NCBI GenBank assembly: GCA_051013385.1
Contig: CP143273.1
Span: 1,152,001-1,216,000 of the forward strand
DNA: 64,000 bases
Reading direction: 5' to 3'
Source of the DNA: Phormidium sp.
GTDB lineage: Bacteria > Cyanobacteriota > Cyanobacteriia > Cyanobacteriales > Aerosakkonemataceae
The position numbers were made by a program, and so were the translations under genes. Each line of letters opens with the position of its first letter. Within the stretch, counting starts at the first letter, position 1. The notes beneath the pieces are model-generated. The model searched no databases, was not told the origin of the DNA, and saw only the letters and a program-made list of their open reading frames with translations. Positions 1-6,607 of this stretch are shown here, one piece after another.

Positions 1-299
1 TGAACCGGAAACACAGCTTTACTCAAATCAAGCGGCTCTGGTTCAGTTTGGTTACGGATTTGTTCAACCCAATTGCGATCGACATCAAATAAATCACAGA
101 AACTTTGAATCAGGTTGTCGTATTTTTGATCGCAGACATCAAGGCGATCGTTCTCGATTTTCGACAATTCAACAAAACTAAACTCGCTGCCAATTTTAGC
201 TGACAACAACATCGCTAATTCCCTTTGACTTAGACCTTGTGAATGCCTAGCAGCAATGATAATTCGACCTAATGTTATTGGACAGATTTGATTCGACAT
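1..299 (-). CDS. XRE-family helix-turn-helix protein (runs off the window start)
   Basis: Manual translation from ATG at 299: MSNQICPITLGRIIIAARHSQGLSQRELAMLL...ELSKIENDR, an XRE HTH pattern; frame is open to the window edge. Confidence 0.75.
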   Translation of the reverse strand, partial: MSNQICPITLGRIIIAARHSQGLSQRELAMLLSAKIGSEFSFVELSKIENDRLDVCDQKYDNLIQSFCDLFDVDRNWVEQIRNQTEPEPLDLSKAVFPV

Positions 300-337
300 T
301 AATTAAAGGCGGTAGCGAACCGCCCAAATCTCGCTAA

Positions 338-661
338 CTAACCTTCATAATCAATGCGGTATTGATTGCCTTCTGGGATAAATTCAGAATCGATTTCTTG
401 ATGACCAACATTAACCCGAAAGGTTTCGGCTGGCTTGGTATCTTTGGCTTTTCTGTATTCCGATACGCGCAAGCGCAGGCTACGCCAACGCACAGCTTCC
501 CGGCATTTATCTTGCAAGATTTGAATACAACCATCTTCGTCTTCATCTTCATCAATGTTTGCCCAGAGCGAACAACCAATAACAACAGAATTGTAGTTTC
601 CTAAGTTAAACTTACGCTCGTAATTAACACCAATTGCTTTAATTCTCATTTTTCCTACCAA
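338..661 (-). CDS. Hypothetical protein, phage/MGE-like
   Basis: 107-aa ORF tightly packed between MT-A70 and XRE genes on the same strand; YERKFNLGNY motif. Confidence 0.6.
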   Translation of the reverse strand: MVGKMRIKAIGVNYERKFNLGNYNSVVIGCSLWANIDEDEDEDGCIQILQDKCREAVRWRSLRLRVSEYRKAKDTKPAETFRVNVGHQEIDSEFIPEGNQYRIDYEG

Positions 662-689
662 AAACCAAAACCTAAAAGCGAAGCGTCAA

Positions 690-1319
690 TTAACTGACCT
701 CACCCCAAACTTGCCATCCAGGTCGAGAAAGACGTGCAAACAATTCAATCTTTTCACCATCAAGACATGAAGCTAATCTATTTGCGATCGCCCAAAACTC
801 ATCAGGTTTTCGTGAATGCTCAGATCGAGGTGCAAAAATCACATTTGGGATATCAGTTAATCCGTGAGTTGTGAAACTACCTGGATTTCCTTTCGTGGCA
901 ACTAAGAAATGCTCTGTACAGTTTCGCCCATAGTGACCAATGCCTATATGTGGGCGTGGATTTTCAACAGTGCTAGATTTCGTTGTTTTCACCCAAGTAA
1001 AGATTGATTTGTAACTAAATCCCCATTTTTCCAGGCAACGAAACCCCAACGGTAAATGATTGTTTGTTACCCACAGCAGCAAATAGGCATTACTAGCAGC
1101 GATCGCACCGATCGGCAACTTCAGAATCGCCTCGTCACTCATATTCGGATATGGGCAGCGCCCCCGATGTGTTGAATCAAATTCCCGTAAGTTAAACTGC
1201 CAAGGTGGATCACAAACAATTAAGCGGTAGTCAGTTCCTTGAACTGGTGGCAAGCCGGGGATTAGTTCAAGAGCGATCGCTAATTTCAACTGACCAATTT
1301 TGTCGTCTGGTTTGTACAT
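690..1319 (-). CDS. MT-A70 family adenine methyltransferase
   Basis: DPPW catalytic motif, LLWVTN, HSRKP and IELFAR motifs. Confidence 0.9.
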   Translation of the reverse strand: MYKPDDKIGQLKLAIALELIPGLPPVQGTDYRLIVCDPPWQFNLREFDSTHRGRCPYPNMSDEAILKLPIGAIAASNAYLLLWVTNNHLPLGFRCLEKWGFSYKSIFTWVKTTKSSTVENPRPHIGIGHYGRNCTEHFLVATKGNPGSFTTHGLTDIPNVIFAPRSEHSRKPDEFWAIANRLASCLDGEKIELFARLSRPGWQVWGEVS

Positions 1320-1535
1320 AATTCACCAGAAAAAATTAATTGTGGTGGGAATTGCACCCACCTTATAATCTTTAATCCAACAGAAACTTGAAGACAATTA
1401 CTCCAGTAATCAACCCAGATATTACACCTGTGACTTGCGCCGAACACTGATTTGTAGCGAGATGGAAAGGAGGCGATCGCTTGAATATTTTTACTTTAAG
1501 TTACTGTTGAACTAATATGATTGCTACTGGAGCAA

Positions 1536-3518
1536 GTGATCAACGCCTGATGGCATCTAAGGTTTAGGAATCAATGAATGCGCCGAACTTGTGTTTCTTC
1601 GCAAGTTTGTGATCAACGCCTGATGGCATCTAAGGTTTAGGAATCATCTCCCAGCCCTCCTTTCAAACACTTGGGCAATAGGTGATCAACGCCTGATGGC
1701 ATCTAAGGTTTAGGAATCGTTAAGCCTTTCCAGCTAAAAGTAAACTCAGTTACCGTGATCAACGCCTGATGGCATCTAAGGTTTAGGAATGAAATATTTG
1801 CGTCATCAAACCATGAAACCGAAAGGTGATCAACGCCTGATGGCATCTAAGGTTTAGGAATGCTAGAAGTTACGATCGCAGATGTAAGCTCATTACCTTG
1901 TGATCAACGCCTGATGGCATCTAAGGTTTAGGAATAAAGTAGACAACAAAGATTCCTACCGCCGCTTAATTGTGATCAACGCCTGATGGCATCTAAGGTT
2001 TAGGAATCAATTAAGGGGGAAAAGTTAATTAGAATCCGCAATGTGATCAACGCCTGATGGCATCTAAGGTTTAGGAATTTGGTAAATGTTGCGGTTTCAT
2101 CAGCAGTTGTAATCGTGATCAACGCCTGATGGCATCTAAGGTTTAGGAATCTCAGTTAAAGAATCATTGGAAAGATTGATTAATTTGTGATCAACGCCTG
2201 ATGGCATCTAAGGTTTAGGAATAATCACTAGGTCGCTAAATTTCCTCATCCCCTCAAAAGGTGATCAACGCCTGATGGCATCTAAGGTTTAGGAATTCTT
2301 GCGTGGGTTTTCTTTTAGTTCTCTTTTTATTGTGATCAACGCCTGATGGCATCTAAGGTTTAGGAATAAGAAAGGATAAAAGAGCAAGAAGAAAGTTTGA
2401 TTGTGATCAACGCCTGATGGCATCTAAGGTTTAGGAATCAGAGTAGCCCTATCTATAGGGGAAAAGAGGCTCGTGATCAACGCCTGATGGCATCTAAGGT
2501 TTAGGAATTATCCCAGGGATGTTATTCACCTTCCCATATAAGTAGTGATCAACGCCTGATGGCATCTAAGGTTTAGGAATTGCTAACTTAACGAATCTGG
2601 GGAGGTTATATCTCTCGTGATCAACGCCTGATGGCATCTAAGGTTTAGGAATTAGAGGTTACGGTAAACCGAACTAACCAGAGTAACGTGATCAACGCCT
2701 GATGGCATCTAAGGTTTAGGAATCTCTGAGTTATCTAATGGAGTCCTCTATCGCCCTAACAGTGATCAACGCCTGATGGCATCTAAGGTTTAGGAATTAG
2801 GTGACATCAAAGATAAAGAGGCGTACCTATTCCAGTGATCAACGCCTGATGGCATCTAAGGTTTAGGAATTAATTAAACTCTGTGAGTTATTTATTATAG
2901 ACTCAGTGATCAACGCCTGATGGCATCTAAGGTTTAGGAATGGCTTAAGGTGCTGACTAACAAATAGCTTCATTGTTTGTGATCAACGCCTGATGGCATC
3001 TAAGGTTTAGGAATTGTCTCAAATTCAATGAGGTTTTTGATGTTGTTCAGTGATCAACGCCTGATGGCATCTAAGGTTTAGGAATGCTTTCTATTTGCGG
3101 GTACGGTGACTAATTCCTAATTGTGATCAACGCCTGATGGCATCTAAGGTTTAGGAATTAGTCTCGTCTTCTACGTTGTCAAAAGAAGTTTGTAGTGATC
3201 AACGCCTGATGGCATCTAAGGTTTAGGAATTGCTATGGTTCGTCATTTACTTAATCCAAAAGTTTATGTGATCAACGCCTGATGGCATCTAAGGTTTAGG
3301 AATAGTCTACAATGACTCAGAGAAAGCTAGATTGACTAAGTGATCAACGCCTGATGGCATCTAAGGTTTAGGAATAATGGAAAACCCGTGTGTGGTGTTA
3401 ACGCTGCTTTAGTGATCAACGCCTGATGGCATCTAAGGTTTAGGAATGACGCAGTGGTACATATTTCGGTGACAACGGTAAGGTGATCAACGCCTGATGG
3501 CATCTAAGGTTTAGGAAT
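1536..3518 (-). CRISPR. CRISPR array 1: 28 repeats / 27 spacers; repeat (minus strand) ATTCCTAAACCTTAGATGCCATCAGGCGTTGATCAC
   Basis: Identical 36-nt repeats with ~34-38 nt unique spacers; leader on the right side gives the minus orientation. Confidence 0.99.
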
Positions 3519-3780
3519 AGCGATCGGTGAAACCGTTACCAGATAACCGCTTGTACTCAATTCTACAAGCACCTGACAGCACAAAGCAATAAAGTAGGTA
3601 ACTGGAGCTAAAAAAAGGAGATTTGGAGTAATTGCGCTTTGCCTGTAATGCTTGCCTAATCTACTATTGAGCGATTTTGCAAGCACCTACTAACCTGCTA
3701 TAAACGCCGAAATACTTATCCCATATAAATTCTAGGCTAGGGGATGCCTAATTCTCTGCCCACAAACAGAGATGCTTGCA
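3519..3780 (-). promoter_or_regulatory. Leader of CRISPR array 1
   Basis: AGGTGCTTG motifs 56 and 170 bp from the repeat and an inverted TGCAAGCATCT at 262 bp, the same layout as the array 2 leader. Confidence 0.85.
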
Positions 3781-3901
3781 TTTTTACCGTTTTAATATAG
3801 TTAATTCTTAAACAAACTTTTAATATTAGCACTAAAATCGAATTTCTAAAGATTGATTAACATCAATAAATTTATACATTTAAAAGTCAATATTTTTAAA
3901 G

Positions 3902-3936
3902 GCGGCAAGAATTTTGCCGGGTAAACTGCTTAAGAT
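3902..3936 (+). promoter_or_regulatory. Palindromic operator GCGGCAAGAATTTTGCCGG plus -10 box TAAGAT upstream of the WYL gene
   Basis: CGGCAA-N5-TTGCCG inverted repeat, 10 nt before a TANNNT box; a 15/19 copy lies upstream of cas4/1. Confidence 0.6.
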
Positions 3937-3962
3937 GTGGCTAGTCTATTTTTTATAAGCAA

Positions 3963-4934
3963 ATGTCTCGGCATTTAGAAAGACTATTACAAATAGATGA
4001 ATTGTTACGAAGTGGGCAGCGACAAACTTCTGAGAGTTTAGCGCAAGCGGTGGAGGTTAGTGAGCGGACAATTCGTAATGACATAGCATTTTTGCGCGAT
4101 CGCTTAAATGCTCCCCTAGAATTTAATCGTCGTCAAGGCTTTCATTACACAAATTCAGACTGGAGATTACCGAGTATTTCTCTATCCCAAGGAGAACTAT
4201 TTGCACTAACATTAGGAGCCAGGATGCTGGAAGCATACTCAGGTTTAGCATACGCTAAAGAACTGCGTTCTTCTATTACTCGATTGAGTGAACGATTACC
4301 CGAACAAACATGGATAGATTTGCAACAAATTGCTGATGAAAGAATTTTGTTTCGGGCAGGAGCAGAAACTTATCTTAACCCAGAAATATGGAGTCAGTTA
4401 GTAGAAGCCTGCCGGACTTCTCGACAAGTAAAAATGCAGTATTTTACAGCTAGTCGCAATGCGGAGTCAGAAAGAATCATCGACCCTTATTTGCTTCATG
4501 TTTATCGCGGAACTAATCCCTATTTGATTGGATTTTGCCACCTACGTCAAGCGATGCGTTGGTTCCGAGTCGATCGCATTCAAAGTTTACAGATACTCAA
4601 AACCAAGTTTACTCGCGATCCAAACTTTAATGCTAAAGAACATCTAGACAAAATTTTTCAAGCTGAAGTAGGAGAAGGAAAGCCAGTTAATGTTGCTATT
4701 TGGTTTGATGCACCGACAGCACCTTATATCAAAGAACGACGCTGGCATTCGACACAAAAGATTGAGGAACATTTAGATGGTTCGGTGACTTTACGAATGG
4801 TTGTTACTGGATTAAATGACCTTAAACGTTGGGTTTTGGGTTATGGGAAAGGAGCGATCGTTAAAGAACCGCCTGAGTTGGTGCAGTTGGTACACAATGA
4901 GGTAGAGGGGATGAGCCAGTGTTACAAAAGTTAA
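3963..4934 (+). CDS. WYL-domain transcriptional regulator (wHTH-WYL-WCX)
   Basis: N-terminal HTH (LAQAVEVSERTIRNDI), YLIGFCHLRQAMRWFRVDRI WYL motif, C-terminal WVLGYG WCX motif. Confidence 0.95.
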   Translation: MSRHLERLLQIDELLRSGQRQTSESLAQAVEVSERTIRNDIAFLRDRLNAPLEFNRRQGFHYTNSDWRLPSISLSQGELFALTLGARMLEAYSGLAYAKELRSSITRLSERLPEQTWIDLQQIADERILFRAGAETYLNPEIWSQLVEACRTSRQVKMQYFTASRNAESERIIDPYLLHVYRGTNPYLIGFCHLRQAMRWFRVDRIQSLQILKTKFTRDPNFNAKEHLDKIFQAEVGEGKPVNVAIWFDAPTAPYIKERRWHSTQKIEEHLDGSVTLRMVVTGLNDLKRWVLGYGKGAIVKEPPELVQLVHNEVEGMSQCYKS

Positions 4935-4980
4935 ACAGGAGTGGCAAAATCATGTACAACTTTGGTAGACTGATGGACTT

Positions 4981-5087
4981 GATATCTAAGATGCCCCACC
5001 TGCAGGCGTTGATCACTAATTGGCTCTCTAGGCTAAAATACAGTCTTAACTTTCAAGCACCTCTGATTGCCGATAGGCGTTTAATTT
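4981..5087 (+). ncRNA. Degenerate mini-CRISPR unit (pseudo-repeat 4981-5016, spacer 5017-5051, pseudo-repeat 5052-5087); putative regulatory crRNA-like RNA
   Basis: Pseudo-repeat 1 ends CAGGCGTTGATCAC; pseudo-repeat 2 is 24/36 identical to the array 2 repeat; spacer matches 5231-5246 next to an ATG PAM. Confidence 0.8.
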
Positions 5088-5195
5088 TTCTTGGCTCTTG
5101 TCTTGACAGCGGCTATAGGTCTAAGGCGGGACATTTTGGTGAGGGAAGGGAACAGGGAACAGGGAACAGATTTGTCCCGGTTTAGATTGGTAGCC

Positions 5196-5246
5196 TTGAC
5201 AGCTATTATTTCATTGAAATACAGTAGATGTAATTAGCTCTATAGG
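5196..5246 (+). promoter_or_regulatory. Putative sigma70 promoter (TTGACA 5196-5201, TACAGT 5220-5225) followed by the crRNA-like target (PAM ATG 5228-5230, protospacer from 5231)
   Basis: Perfect -35 box, plausible -10 at 18-bp spacing, 14/16 match to the mini-array spacer. Confidence 0.6.
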
Positions 5247-5435
5247 AAAAGTGGCAAAAAGAGTAAAAAAAACTCTCTGGCCATCAGACCTGAGAGCCAA
5301 CCATATATTAAGTAACAGCATCATGCCAAAAAAAATTGAAATTGAAAAGGAGTCACGAAAATGAACACTGTTCCACACAATCATGGGAAAATGCCTGATT
5401 TCCGCGACCTTCCGCTATTCTCATCCGCGATCGCA

Positions 5436-5543
5436 GCGTCAACGGCAGAAAGGCGTTTAACAGTCGATCAGAACTCAGCCCAAGCTTTATGCTTTAACCT
5501 TCCTCCTGCGTCAACGGCAGAAAGGCGTTTAACAGTCGATCAG
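5436..5543 (+). repeat. Exact 36-bp direct repeat (5436-5471, 5508-5543) flanking a unique 36-bp insert
   Basis: GCGTCAACGGCAGAAAGGCGTTTAACAGTCGATCAG occurs twice; flanking bases differ on both sides. Confidence 0.95.
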
Positions 5544-5624
5544 GTTTGCCAAAAAGTCGGAATTCCCAAGTCGGAACTTAAAAAATGCAAAGTCCAAGTC
5601 GGGGGTTTTTTGGAATTAAATAAT

Positions 5625-5777
5625 GGGTCTTCCGTACTTACTGTGCTAAATTCCTGGTCAAAGCCTGACTGGGCAAGGATTTAGCCGACAATTTAGATTT
5701 TTAGGATTCAAACCCTTGCCCAGTCAGGCTTGTAGTTTAGGGTTCTTGTTTGTTAGCACACTAAGTACGGAAGACCC
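5625..5777. mobile_element. ISL3-derived MITE (153 bp)
   Basis: Terminal IRs GGGTCTTCCGTACTTACTGTGCTAA / TTAGCACACTAAGTACGGAAGACCC, nearly identical to the ends of the IS at 29752-31041; internal 18-bp IR. Confidence 0.85.
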
Positions 5778-5834
5778 GTAAAAATACAACCCAAGGTTAA
5801 GAATCTGGGAATGGTTGTGTACGCAGCAAACGGG

Positions 5835-5868
5835 GCATGAATACGCGATCGCCATTGGGTATTCATGC
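5835..5868. other. Hairpin GCATGAATAC...GTATTCATGC between the small ORF and cas6
   Basis: 10-bp perfect inverted repeat, no U-tract. Confidence 0.5.
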
Positions 5869-5920
5869 TCAAGAACACCTTAACTAAATTTTTCAAGAGT
5901 TTTTCAGGAGTGATCTAATT

Positions 5921-6607
5921 ATGCTAATCACTGAATGCGATCGCGAGGAAAGACAAGATAATAATTTACCTTATGTAGAGTTGTGTTTTAGTATCATCGG
6001 TAAAACTTTACCTGCGGATCATGGGTATGGTTTATATTCTGCGATCGCACACTGTCAAGAGGAACTGCACAATTTAGCAGGGGTGAGTATTCAAACTATT
6101 CAGGGAATGCCTGATAAACAGGGGATAATTTATTTAAGCGATCGCTCTAAATTGAGAATCCGCCTACCTGGGGACAAAGTGCCATTGGTGTATCCTTTAG
6201 CAGGAAAACAATTAACCATTGGTAAGCACTCAATTCGGCTAGGAATCCCGCAAATTTTTGTATTGCAACCTGCTGCGAGATTGCGATCGCGCATTGTGAT
6301 TATTAAGGGATTTCAAGAAGCAGATACTTTTTTAGCAGCAGCAAAACGGCAATTGGATGATTTACAAATTCAAGGTAATCTGATAATTCCGCTGAATGAA
6401 GAGGGAGAATTTAGTCGGAAGGCAATTAAAATTAAAACGTTTTCAGTAGTGGGTTTTAGTTTGGAAGTAACGGATCTCAGTGATGATGATTCTATCAAAT
6501 TACAGGCTTTAGGATTGGGTGGCAAGCATCGTATGGGTTGTGGGATTTTTGTATGCGATCGTTGGGACAAGGAACAGAAGGAGAATACAAATGAGCATAA
6601 TAGCTAA
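5921..6607 (+). CDS. cas6: Cas6 (I-MYXAN/Cmx6-type) crRNA-processing endoribonuclease
   Basis: LPADHGYGLYSAI N-terminus; G-rich loop GLGGKHRMGCGIF. Confidence 0.93.
   Translation: MLITECDREERQDNNLPYVELCFSIIGKTLPADHGYGLYSAIAHCQEELHNLAGVSIQTIQGMPDKQGIIYLSDRSKLRIRLPGDKVPLVYPLAGKQLTIGKHSIRLGIPQIFVLQPAARLRSRIVIIKGFQEADTFLAAAKRQLDDLQIQGNLIIPLNEEGEFSRKAIKIKTFSVVGFSLEVTDLSDDDSIKLQALGLGGKHRMGCGIFVCDRWDKEQKENTNEHNS

Larger units (their letters stand above)
5361..5840 (+). pseudogene. Small HTH-like gene (~84 aa reconstructed) with a 72-bp in-frame insertion and a MITE insertion
   Basis: AAAGGAG RBS; LTVDQVCQKVGIPKSELKK resembles an HTH; removing MITE 5625-5777 restores a frame ending at TGA 5838-5840. 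Confidence 0.55.

Noticed and set aside
4919..5185. 88-aa ORF after WYL
   Set aside because: Overlaps the mini-array and AGGGAAC heptamer repeats; no recognisable protein features
5217..5225. AAATACAGT occurs both in the 3' part of the mini-array spacer and just upstream of the PAM
   Set aside because: Only 9 AT-rich nt and out of register for R-loop pairing; cannot be distinguished from chance
5288..5303. Second, minus-strand match (TTGGCTCTC) to the mini-array spacer
   Set aside because: Mismatches at seed positions 2-3 and no ATG PAM in register
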